Of a stretch of DNA of 64,000 nt, positions 19,564 to 27,455 are shown one piece after another. The first letter of the stretch is position 1, and each line of letters begins with the position of its first letter. The position numbers were made by a program, and so were the translations under genes. This stretch comes from Candidatus Uhrbacteria bacterium GW2011_GWC2_41_11 (GTDB lineage: Bacteria > Patescibacteriota > Patescibacteriia > UBA9934 > GWF2-40-263): contig LCAH01000001.1 in NCBI GenBank assembly GCA_000996355.1, forward strand, positions 18,482-82,481. Direction: 5' to 3'. The notes below the pieces were generated by a model, which saw only the letters and a program-made list of their open reading frames with translations, made no database searches and was not told where the DNA came from.

Positions 19564-20324
19564 TTGGTATTTTTGATTCCGGAATTGGCGGACTTCCGAT
19601 TGCGCGAGCGATTCGTGATCTTGATTCGACGGTTGATCTTTTGTATTTCGGAGATGTGGCGCATGCTCCGTATGGAACGAAAGATCCGGAAGTAGTTCAA
19701 CAATTCGTGTTACGTGTGATGCGTCATTTGCGTTTAGAAGGAGCCACACTTCTTGTGAGTGCTTGCAACAGTGCATCTGTAACCGTGATTCGTCCGTTGA
19801 TGGATTTGTTTGGAATTTTAGAATCTGGAGTTGTGGAGATGGTTGGTCCAACGGTTCAAGCACTCAATCAAAAACAAAGTGGCCGAATCGTTGTTGTGGC
19901 AACTCCAACAACCGTTCGATCAGGAATGTATGAGCAGGGATTTGCTTCTGTTGGCTTAAAGGTATCTATGATTGCTTGTCCAGATTTAGCGCGCGCGATT
20001 GAGTTTGGAGATTCTAAGGCTGAGATTCAACGACAAGTTGAAAGAGCTGTCGAAGAAGTTTTGTTGCGTGGATGCGATACGCTTGTCCTTGGGTGTACGC
20101 ATTATCCATTTGCACGTTCATTTTTTGAGCAAGCATTCATCAAACACGAATGTCGGGTTGAAATTTTCGACCCAGCTCAAGCGGTTGCTTCGTATACGCT
20201 ATCTCGCTATAGCGAAAAAGGAGAAGGAAAAATACGCTTTCTTGTTTCAAAATATTCTCCTATTTTTGAACAACGTGTCACAGAATTATTTGGGTCACAT
20301 TCAGTGGAAGAAGTCATTTTATGA
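19560..20324 (+). CDS. murI: glutamate racemase
   Basis: 'IGIFDSGIGGL', 'VSACNSASV', 'LGCTHYP' catalytic Cys motifs. Confidence 0.9.
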   Translation: MIGIFDSGIGGLPIARAIRDLDSTVDLLYFGDVAHAPYGTKDPEVVQQFVLRVMRHLRLEGATLLVSACNSASVTVIRPLMDLFGILESGVVEMVGPTVQALNQKQSGRIVVVATPTTVRSGMYEQGFASVGLKVSMIACPDLARAIEFGDSKAEIQRQVERAVEEVLLRGCDTLVLGCTHYPFARSFFEQAFIKHECRVEIFDPAQAVASYTLSRYSEKGEGKIRFLVSKYSPIFEQRVTELFGSHSVEEVIL

Positions 20325-20905
20325 CAGATCATGCGTTACGTATCCTTTCTTTGGGAGGAGTCGTTGCTTTTCCAACAGAAACCGCCTATGCACTTGGAGC
20401 AGATGCGACGAATGATTCTGCTGTTGAACGTATTTTTTTGATAAAGGGAAGAGAAGAAGAAAAAACAGTTCCGCTTATTGCTTCAAGTTTGGAAATGGTT
20501 GAGAGATATGCCATTTTGTCTCAAACATTACAACAACTTGCAAATCAATATTGGCCAGGACCATTAACACTTATATTACCTGTACGAGACAATCATCATC
20601 TTGCTCCCCAGGTTGTTCGAATGAACGGAACCATAGCGATTCGAGTCTCTTCCCATCCTCTTGTACACGATTGGTCGCAAAAACTTGGGGTTCCTATTGT
20701 TTCCACATCAGCCAATCGATCAGGTGAACCAACATGTTATTCTATAAATGAAGTAAAACAATCTTTTTTGAACAAGGTTTATCAACCAGATTTTTTCTGG
20801 GATGGAGGAATTCTTCCTATTCGTAAACCGTCGACGATCATCATGGAAAAAGAAGGAAAAATTGTTGTCCTTCGTCAAGGGGAGATTTTTGTTTCTCTTT
20901 TTTAA
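20321..20905 (+). CDS. tsaC: L-threonylcarbamoyladenylate synthase (TsaC/YrdC)
   Basis: 'GGVVAFPTETAYALGADATN..VERIFLIKGR' YrdC signature. Confidence 0.8.
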   Translation: MTDHALRILSLGGVVAFPTETAYALGADATNDSAVERIFLIKGREEEKTVPLIASSLEMVERYAILSQTLQQLANQYWPGPLTLILPVRDNHHLAPQVVRMNGTIAIRVSSHPLVHDWSQKLGVPIVSTSANRSGEPTCYSINEVKQSFLNKVYQPDFFWDGGILPIRKPSTIIMEKEGKIVVLRQGEIFVSLF

Positions 20906-20965
20906 GAATAAAAAATGGGAGGGGGCTGACGAAATACATTTCTTTTGGTACGCTGTGGTCGGTTT

Positions 20966-21053
20966 GGTGGGGTGGCCGAGCGGTTTAAGGCACCGGTCTT
21001 GAAAACCGGCAGACTGAAAGGTCTCGCGAGTTCGAATCTCGCCCCCACCGCCA
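20966..21053 (+). tRNA. tRNA-Ser (anticodon TGA)
   Basis: Acceptor GGTGGGG/CCCCACC, D arm GCCGAGCGGTTTAAGGC, anticodon stem CCGGT/ACCGG with loop CTTGAAA, long variable arm, T arm GCGAGTTCGAATCTCGC, CCA encoded. Confidence 0.85.
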
Positions 21054-21107
21054 GATTGGCAACTTTGAACCCAAGCAAAATAAGGGTTCTGCTGCTAAAA
21101 TTACAAG

Positions 21108-22154
21108 ATGATTTACAAGAAACCGGCAAAATTAAAAAGTGGTGACAAAGTAGCGATTGTGTCGCCGTCTTGGGGTGGCCCAAGTGTTTTCCCGCACGTA
21201 TACGAAAACGGTATCAAGTTCTTGAAGGAATGGGGTCTTGAAATCGTTGAATATCCAACTGCTCGCATGGATGCGGGTTTCCTACGAGAAAATCCTCAAG
21301 TCAGAGCTAAAGACATAAACGACGCATTTACTAATCCTGAAATCAAAGCAATCTTTGCTTCAATAGGAGGAGATGATTCGGTTCGGATTCTTCCTTTTGT
21401 AGATAAGAAAATAATCGCTGAAAATCCTAAAGTCTTAATGGGCTATTCGGATACTTCAACTCTCCACGTATTCGCAAATCTCCAAGGTCTTGTAACTTTC
21501 TACGGCCCTTCAATTATGGCCGGCTTCTCACAAATGGAATCTTTGCCGGAAAGTTTCAAATCTCACGTGCGAGAGGTACTCTTTGATCCAAAAGATAGTT
21601 ACGAATACAAAGCATATGGAACGTATTGCGATGGCTACTTAGATTGGTCAAACAAAGAGAATTTAGGAAAAACGAACCTGATGAAATCGGATGACGGCTG
21701 GCATTGGCTCCAAGGAAATTCCGTCGTTCAAGGAGAACTATTTGGCGGATGTATTGAAGTCTTGGAAATGATGAAGGCGACTGACTTCTGGCCATTAAAA
21801 GAGTTTTGGAAAGACAAGATACTTTTCTTAGAAACTTCGGAAGAGAAACCCTCTATCCATTACGTCGATCATGTTCTACGAAATTATGGAATGCTCGGCG
21901 TGTTCAATCAAATAAGTGGCTTTATCTTCTCTCGTGCACGAGACTATTCTGACGAGGAGAAAAAGGAGTTGGAAGAAAAGATTGTTACTATCGTTTCGAA
22001 AGAATTTAATAGGCCAGATTTGCCAGTTATCACCAACTTCGATGTGGGACACACTGATCCTCAGTTGGTCTTACCACTGGGGGTTAAGGCAGAAATTGAT
22101 TGTCAGTCTAAGAAAATTAGATTAGTAGAACCCTGGTTATCTTTAGACCTGTGA
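21108..22154 (+). CDS. LD-carboxypeptidase (peptidase S66; LdcA/MccF-like)
   Basis: 'GDKVAIVSPSWGGP', 'LMGYSDTSTLH' (nucleophilic Ser) and C-terminal His/Glu region typical of S66. Confidence 0.75.
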   Translation: MIYKKPAKLKSGDKVAIVSPSWGGPSVFPHVYENGIKFLKEWGLEIVEYPTARMDAGFLRENPQVRAKDINDAFTNPEIKAIFASIGGDDSVRILPFVDKKIIAENPKVLMGYSDTSTLHVFANLQGLVTFYGPSIMAGFSQMESLPESFKSHVREVLFDPKDSYEYKAYGTYCDGYLDWSNKENLGKTNLMKSDDGWHWLQGNSVVQGELFGGCIEVLEMMKATDFWPLKEFWKDKILFLETSEEKPSIHYVDHVLRNYGMLGVFNQISGFIFSRARDYSDEEKKELEEKIVTIVSKEFNRPDLPVITNFDVGHTDPQLVLPLGVKAEIDCQSKKIRLVEPWLSLDL

Positions 22155-23110
22155 ATTCGATGACCTTACAATGTGATCGATGTGGAGAGAAACATTCTTA
22201 TAAAATTTCACAAAAAGATCTCGATTCTGGTTTAACTCTTAATTTCGCTTGTTTGAATATAAAAAGACTCCCAAGGGTTAGTAGTTTCCGCATTGATTTT
22301 ACAAAAAACGCGCCGTCCACGAAGAGGGAGGAGGAGGAAAGAGTCTCAACCCTTTATGGGCCGAATGATGTCGTGGCTAAAACTAACCGTAAAAACGAGA
22401 TCAATCAACCGAAGTTATGGTTGATTTACGATTTTGATCAGTATTTTGAAGAGATAATCAATTCATACATAATTGGCTCTTTTTATCCTGTTGCCACCTC
22501 CTGTACGGCTTTGGCAGAGAGATTGGTAAATCTTTTCATTATCAAAATGAGAGATTTACACACTCAGTCCCTTTTGGATGTTCAATTAAAAAAGTATGTT
22601 CACTCTCGTAATCAAAACTGGCAGTCGTTTGAGTTGAATATGAAAGTTCTACAAGTATGGAATTTACTCAATACTAATCAAAAAGGTTGGTTTAAGGACT
22701 TGCTTGATATTCGCAACAGGGCTGTCCACTTCCAATCAGCTTTTGATCCTCAGCCTGATTCATTGAAGGCAGTGCAAATCTTGCACAAGATTATCGATAG
22801 TTATTTCAGTCCATTTGAAAGAAAAGATGTCCTAAGGGTATTCGAGATACCAGGTGAAATATGGGTAAAAGAAGAAAAATTAAACGATCCTTTTGTTAAG
22901 GCCTTCATATTGCCCTGCTGCAGAGACTTTGCTTCTCAAGGAACGCTTAACAATAAAAATATTTACCACGAAAATGACGCTGTGATCGGACCATTTTCTG
23001 AAGCTGACTTCATTGAGCAGCGGAAAAATTACCAGGCCAATCTAACCTACGAACCTATATATCAGAAAGGAACTATCGAAGGTAAGGAGTTTACTTTTAG
23101 GATTATTTGA
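22151..23110 (+). CDS. Abi_2 (AbiD/AbiF)-like HEPN-motif protein, candidate abortive-infection protein
   Basis: 319 aa; 'WFKDLLDIRNRAVHFQ' matches the Rx4-6H HEPN motif in the context typical of the Abi_2 family (L..iRN..aHh). N-terminal CxxC pair. Family assignment is by motif only. Confidence 0.45.
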   Translation: MNSMTLQCDRCGEKHSYKISQKDLDSGLTLNFACLNIKRLPRVSSFRIDFTKNAPSTKREEEERVSTLYGPNDVVAKTNRKNEINQPKLWLIYDFDQYFEEIINSYIIGSFYPVATSCTALAERLVNLFIIKMRDLHTQSLLDVQLKKYVHSRNQNWQSFELNMKVLQVWNLLNTNQKGWFKDLLDIRNRAVHFQSAFDPQPDSLKAVQILHKIIDSYFSPFERKDVLRVFEIPGEIWVKEEKLNDPFVKAFILPCCRDFASQGTLNNKNIYHENDAVIGPFSEADFIEQRKNYQANLTYEPIYQKGTIEGKEFTFRII

Positions 23111-23290
23111 TTAGTAGATCTTTCGCGCAGACTTAGGTACCTCAAACCATTCGGGATGAACTTTGTAGATATCCCTTAGTTTCTGCATACTTTTATCAAG
23201 ATTTTCGAATTTGAGCCACGTTTTCCGTTCAAAGTTCCGGGCATCATCCCCGCCAATAGTTTTGAAAAGTGCGCCTAAAATATCCTTGTT
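23111..23290 (-). pseudogene. stop-to-stop ORF remnant without start codon (copy A of a paralogous pair)
   Basis: Minus-strand frame encodes ..ILGALFKTIGGDDARNFERKTWLKFENLDKSMQKLRDIYKVHPEWFEVPKSARKIY*. No ATG/GTG/TTG near the 5' end. Homologous to 23856-24020 with synonymous substitutions. Confidence 0.4.
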
Positions 23291-23355
23291 TTAAGCTATA
23301 GTCCAAAATGAAAAAGTTGTAAAATGTAAGAACCCTAAAGGGATTCGAATTTCAA

Positions 23356-23820
23356 ATGACCAAAGAATTTAAGTATAAATTTGATGCTGGTCCAGTTGCT
23401 TCACAGGAAGATCTCTTGAGCGAATGGGCGATAGGTAATTGCCGCAGAGCAGTGCAGCTCTATACTTTTAGAAAGAAAAACCTCTTTCTAAAACTAGAGC
23501 AAGTTTTGTGTCCCGCGGCATATAATGAAACAGGTGTTTTTGTTATCAATAAAGATCAAGAGTTTTCTTTTGACTCTCTTGTAGACGGCGATATTATTTA
23601 CGCAGAGAAGATCAGAAATAAAAACGGTAAAGAAGTCGACAAAAGCGAAAATACTTTCAATTCAGCGGATGAGTATATTATTTCACTTCACACCGCTTTA
23701 TATACGGGAGAGAAAGACCGCGAAATATGGCATGCAACCGCAGTAGAAGGATCGAGTTGTTTCTGGCCACTTGAGAAATTTCTTCATTTTTATAAACCGA
23801 TTGTGGCAAAACGAGTATAA
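23356..23820 (+). CDS. hypothetical protein, possible NlpC/P60-like Cys-His-His hydrolase
   Basis: 154 aa; order Cys (LCPAAY) .. 'GDIIY' .. 'SLHTALYTGE' .. 'IWHAT' resembles the NlpC/P60 catalytic layout. Weak. Confidence 0.3.
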   Translation: MTKEFKYKFDAGPVASQEDLLSEWAIGNCRRAVQLYTFRKKNLFLKLEQVLCPAAYNETGVFVINKDQEFSFDSLVDGDIIYAEKIRNKNGKEVDKSENTFNSADEYIISLHTALYTGEKDREIWHATAVEGSSCFWPLEKFLHFYKPIVAKRV

Positions 23821-23855
23821 GTTTTATAATACCTATATGGCAAAGTCTAAATCTA

Positions 23856-24020
23856 CTAGTAGACCTTCTGGGCGAAAGTAGGTACCTCGAATAACTCCGG
23901 CTTTTCTTGGTACATTTGCCTCAATTTTCGTATAATTCTATCAACATTGCTGTAACTAAGCCGTCCTATCGGTTCAAAATTGCGGACATCGACACCGCCA
24001 ATAGTTTTGAAAAATAGGTG
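23856..24020 (-). pseudogene. stop-to-stop ORF remnant without start codon (copy B of a paralogous pair)
   Basis: Minus-strand frame encodes HLFFKTIGGVDVRNFEPIGRLSYSNVDRIIRKLRQMYQEKPELFEVPTFAQKVY*. About 50% aa identity to copy A, ending in the same ..PE(W/L)FEVP......Y*. Confidence 0.4.
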
Positions 24021-24112
24021 TCAAAATTTCCTTATTTTGCGTTACATTTTAAAACCAAAAAGTTGTAAATTTGATACAAAGCAAAGAATTTTAAAAGTAC
24101 CTAACTGATTTT

Positions 24113-24745
24113 ATGGCGCTTCGATCCACGAGATTCGATGATTATTTTTTAAAAAATATAAATCCAGTTATTCGATTTTTGATTATTTCAGACACAGTTC
24201 TTCGAGGAGCCTCAGGATTACTTGGACCAATTTTTGCGTTTTTTATTCAGGGATTCGTAGAAGGAGGAGATGAAGCAGTTGCGGGCGTAGCGGCTGCTAT
24301 CTATCTTTTTACGAAAAGTATTTTTCAAATTCCTATCGCACATCTTATTGATCGAATCCGTGGAGAAAAAGACGATTTTTGGTTCATGTTTATCTTTACT
24401 CTTCTTATTGCGTTTATCCCATTATTTTATCTTGTTATCCATACACCTTTACAACTTTATGTGATTCAGTTTATTCTTGGAATTTTTACTGCGTTTACCT
24501 TTCCGACCTATATGGCAATTTTTACTCGCCACATAGATAAGACAAAAGAGGGGGTCGAATGGGGGATGTATTTTACTCTTACCGATTTGACAGGTGCCGC
24601 TTTTGCAGCCGTTGGAGGATATATTGCCATGAGTTCTGGTTTTCCAACCCTTATTATCGCCGTTGTTTTTCTTTCTGTCATCGGATCTCTTCTTCTTTTT
24701 CCCATTAAATCTTTTCTTCAGAAAAAGAATGATCTTCGTTTATAA
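24113..24745 (+). CDS. 6-TM membrane protein resembling one half of an MFS transporter (possible fragment)
   Basis: 210 aa with six predicted hydrophobic helices. Only half the length of a 12-TM MFS. Confidence 0.35.
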   Translation: MALRSTRFDDYFLKNINPVIRFLIISDTVLRGASGLLGPIFAFFIQGFVEGGDEAVAGVAAAIYLFTKSIFQIPIAHLIDRIRGEKDDFWFMFIFTLLIAFIPLFYLVIHTPLQLYVIQFILGIFTAFTFPTYMAIFTRHIDKTKEGVEWGMYFTLTDLTGAAFAAVGGYIAMSSGFPTLIIAVVFLSVIGSLLLFPIKSFLQKKNDLRL

Positions 24746-24775
24746 TTTAGCATGAGGTATTTATTCAGTTTTTTT

Positions 24776-24802
24776 ATCCGTCTTGATTGGCGGATTTTTT
24801 GT
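24776..24802 (+). terminator. hairpin terminator (ATCCG/CGGAT plus T-run)
   Basis: 5 bp stem, 10 nt loop and TTTTTTGTTT directly after the 24113-24745 ORF. Confidence 0.4.
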
Positions 24803-24811
24803 TTAAAAATA

Positions 24812-24969
24812 TTGACATTTTAAATTATTGTGTTAGTCTTTTTTGTTGCTCATTTACAATAATGGTTTGTCAACAGCAAATGGTCAGAAAACGAGTTTTT
24901 TGTCGATTTACTGTTGACAAACCTTGCAAAGAACAAGGTTCCTGAAAGTCTATCCTTTCCTGTCGACAG
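24812..24969 (+). promoter_or_regulatory. control region: TTGACA -35-like box, 13-bp perfect inverted repeat GGTTTGTCAACAG/CTGTTGACAAACC, and palindrome CTGTCGACAG
   Basis: TTGACA at 24812-24817; inverted-repeat arms at 24864-24876 and 24911-24923, each containing TTGACA on one strand; palindrome at 24960-24969, about 85 nt before the first ATG of the downstream operon. Confidence 0.45.
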
Positions 24970-25052
24970 TTGTGAAGAGAAAGGAAAAATCTCGAAAAGA
25001 ACGGGATTTCAGGCCGAAAAGGTGTGGTGTAAAGAACACTACACACAAACAA

Positions 25053-26297
25053 ATGGAGGAGAAGATGAAAAAAGGAAAAGAGAATATTGCGATCAGCCAA
25101 CGGTTTTGCCGCTGGGCGGTTCGCGAAGATGGTCTCAAATTTGCTGGGAGTATCATCGCTATACTCATCATTGCTGGGTTCATCCTTGGCATTGATGTCG
25201 TAATCGCGATGTTCATGACGGACAAAGATCTTGTCCGGTTGATCGCCTGGTTCGGGATAATAGTTTTCGGATTTTTTGTCTTCACGTTTAGTCTGAGAAA
25301 CAGGTTTCATGAGGATGAACATCTGTGGGGCAGGGCTCTACAGCATCTTGGCGAAAAATTAGCTTATCAATTTTTCGTCAGACCGCACGAAGTCAGATTC
25401 GTCCATTTGTTCGGACTCAAGGAAACCAGGCGCCAGGCCGTGGAGGAAATTCGGAAATCCGATTATGGTTATTTTCTGGATTGGACGCGCAAGCATCTTG
25501 TCGTTCGTTCAATCAATGAGTTCCTTCTTTACCACGCGTTCATCCAATCTTCTATTCAAGAAGAAGGAATACGTCCGTCACCAGAGTTGCTTCGACTCAA
25601 GCGGCGGTTCTGGGCTGCTTGGAATATGGCTTCGGCTATGGGTATTCCGCTTCTCAAGGTGAAGGATTATGTCTTTTGTCGGAAAGCGGTTGATGTTCTT
25701 CCAACCTTTCAACCGTTTGATCGGTCGGACGAGATGTTGCGTTATTTCGATCGATTCTGCATACACGCGAATTGGGCCGTGCGAGATGAGAACACGGAAG
25801 TTGCACGAGCATGTCGGGATTTCCTCGGAACAGCCGGAGCGGATCTGGTCGCATACGTGGCGGACTCAGGGATTGATCTTCGAAAAACGAAGGTCGGTCA
25901 GGATGAAAGATCTGTTCCTTTTATCGAACGGATCGAAGCCGCGTTCGCATGTCGAGAAGCGGGAATGGATGAGTTGCATAAAATGTGTACGACGGCTCAA
26001 TGGAAGGCTGTCCTTGCCATGGAGCCACATGTTTTTCTCCCGATTCGGGAACAAGTCCTGTTTCATTCTGAAAGGGAAAAAGAAGGATATTTTCGACGGA
26101 TGGTGGACATCATGCATCCGACAGTTTTCTTCGATGTTTCACAAGCCGAACAAGGTCAGACGCCATGGCGGTATTCGGCTGGTGGACCGTATTGGTCTGA
26201 GATCCATAACGGTCGATGGATTGATGGAAAAGTTCGTCAGTCAGTCCTGGACGATGTTTTCGGCATTGGGTGGAATAAGGTCGGGAGGGTGTCATGA
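25053..26297 (+). CDS. hypothetical 2-TM membrane protein with large cytoplasmic domain (GC-rich)
   Basis: ATG at 25053 preceded by GGAGGAG. The track's TTG start at 24924 lies inside the inverted repeat and is unlikely. TM hairpin (FAGSIIAILIIAGFILGIDVVIAMF / LIAWFGIIVFGFFVFTFSL) then ~330 aa with no recognisable motif. Confidence 0.55.
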   Translation: MEEKMKKGKENIAISQRFCRWAVREDGLKFAGSIIAILIIAGFILGIDVVIAMFMTDKDLVRLIAWFGIIVFGFFVFTFSLRNRFHEDEHLWGRALQHLGEKLAYQFFVRPHEVRFVHLFGLKETRRQAVEEIRKSDYGYFLDWTRKHLVVRSINEFLLYHAFIQSSIQEEGIRPSPELLRLKRRFWAAWNMASAMGIPLLKVKDYVFCRKAVDVLPTFQPFDRSDEMLRYFDRFCIHANWAVRDENTEVARACRDFLGTAGADLVAYVADSGIDLRKTKVGQDERSVPFIERIEAAFACREAGMDELHKMCTTAQWKAVLAMEPHVFLPIREQVLFHSEREKEGYFRRMVDIMHPTVFFDVSQAEQGQTPWRYSAGGPYWSEIHNGRWIDGKVRQSVLDDVFGIGWNKVGRVS

Positions 26298-27379
26298 AGA
26301 AATTAATTGATGTCGTTACTGTTTTTCTTTCTCTTGCATCAGCTATTACTACCTGGGAAGGTTTGCGATATGCAAACCGCCTTGCGGATACGGAACTTCA
26401 GCGGTTCTGGATTCCGACAGCAGTGGCAATCTGTTTCTTCCTTTGTGCCTCTGCTTTCTGGCTGTCTTTGTTTCAGTGGTATCCGAAGGCAGACAAGGAA
26501 AAAAAATCCAAACTCCAGCTTATTGTTGTTGGGGGATGTGCGGTTATCTTTTTCGGTTCGACTTTGTGGTCGGTCATTGGCATCGGAGGCATCTCGGCCA
26601 TGACCTATCATATGAGCGGCACGATCAACGACGCAGATGCTATTCAAGGTTCTTTGTCCAGGCGCGTTGAACGAGAATGGAGTGTGGCAACTTCTCTGCA
26701 ATATCTCGAGCAGCAATTTCAAACCTTGTCTAATCTCGAGGAAAAGCAAGGAGCTTTCAGTGGATATGCCAACACGGGAGACGTGACTATTCAGTTAGAA
26801 TCTCTCTCAAAGGCGCTTGGGAATCTTCGCACGGTTCTTCAGAAAAATGCGGAAGAAAGTCGGACGGATCTGTCCGAATCCAAGGATCGCGTTGAAAAAC
26901 TTCGGCAGATTGTTGACGAGCCGGAAACACCCATTTCCAAAAGGATGAGCGATTTCAGCAAGGCACTGACCTCGTTGAACGAAGTATTTCAGCGAGTTCA
27001 GAGTCGACAAATGGCCAGTTTTGTCCGTGAGATCTCCGGAGACCTCGATACATTTGCTGCGGTTCAGGCACCTACGCAAAAAAATGATGTCGGAGAGGCG
27101 CAGCGTGCGGCCTTGGATCGGCTCAAGGCAACTGTGGTCGCGGCAAAGCAAACATTAAAGAAAATCTCGGAAGGGGCTGAAAGCTCTGAAGAGATAAAAC
27201 TCAAGAACTTGACTACAATTTCGCCCGGCATGGCAGTCATCAAATATGCCGGGGCGATTGTGGGAGAGATCGCAGCAGCTATTGCGCTGGATTTTTTTCC
27301 GGTCATCTTCTTTATCATTCTTGCCCTGACAGCGGATATTCGCAAAAAGGAACAGGAAGAGGAAGAAGGACTCGAATAA
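26294..27379 (+). CDS. hypothetical membrane protein: 3 N-terminal TM, ~200 aa coiled coil, C-terminal TM (GC-rich)
   Basis: Start overlaps the upstream stop (ATGA), suggesting translational coupling. Coiled-coil-like heptad region in the middle. Ends with a hydrophobic helix and an acidic tail. Confidence 0.55.
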   Translation: MKKLIDVVTVFLSLASAITTWEGLRYANRLADTELQRFWIPTAVAICFFLCASAFWLSLFQWYPKADKEKKSKLQLIVVGGCAVIFFGSTLWSVIGIGGISAMTYHMSGTINDADAIQGSLSRRVEREWSVATSLQYLEQQFQTLSNLEEKQGAFSGYANTGDVTIQLESLSKALGNLRTVLQKNAEESRTDLSESKDRVEKLRQIVDEPETPISKRMSDFSKALTSLNEVFQRVQSRQMASFVREISGDLDTFAAVQAPTQKNDVGEAQRAALDRLKATVVAAKQTLKKISEGAESSEEIKLKNLTTISPGMAVIKYAGAIVGEIAAAIALDFFPVIFFIILALTADIRKKEQEEEEGLE

Positions 27380-27385
27380 ATACTT

Positions 27386-27412
27386 CCGTCGGTTTTCACC
27401 GGCGGTTTTTTG
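27386..27412 (+). terminator. rho-independent terminator after the two-gene operon
   Basis: CCGTCGG..CCGGCGG stem (one G-U pair) followed by TTTTTTGTTTG. Confidence 0.5.
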
Positions 27413-27455
27413 TTTGCGATAAACAAAAGAGACCAGTATACTAAAAGGAACGAAT

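Noticed and set aside
20902-21183. Track ORFs 20902..21183(-) and 20945..21145(+) spanning tRNA-Ser
   Set aside because: They overlap a clear tRNA cloverleaf on both strands. Reading frames through tRNA genes are spurious.
23111-24090. Diversity-generating retroelement (TR/VR) or integron attC interpretation of the two repeats
   Set aside because: No reverse transcriptase or integrase nearby. Differences are not adenine-specific. The substitution pattern is synonymous-biased on the minus strand, which fits diverged coding sequence rather than recombination sites. Kept as an open question.
24960-24969. CTGTCGACAG as a LexA SOS box
   Set aside because: E. coli-type SOS boxes are CTGT-N8-ACAG and Cheo boxes are GAAC-N4-GTTC. 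This palindrome has only 2 central nt, so it does not fit either.
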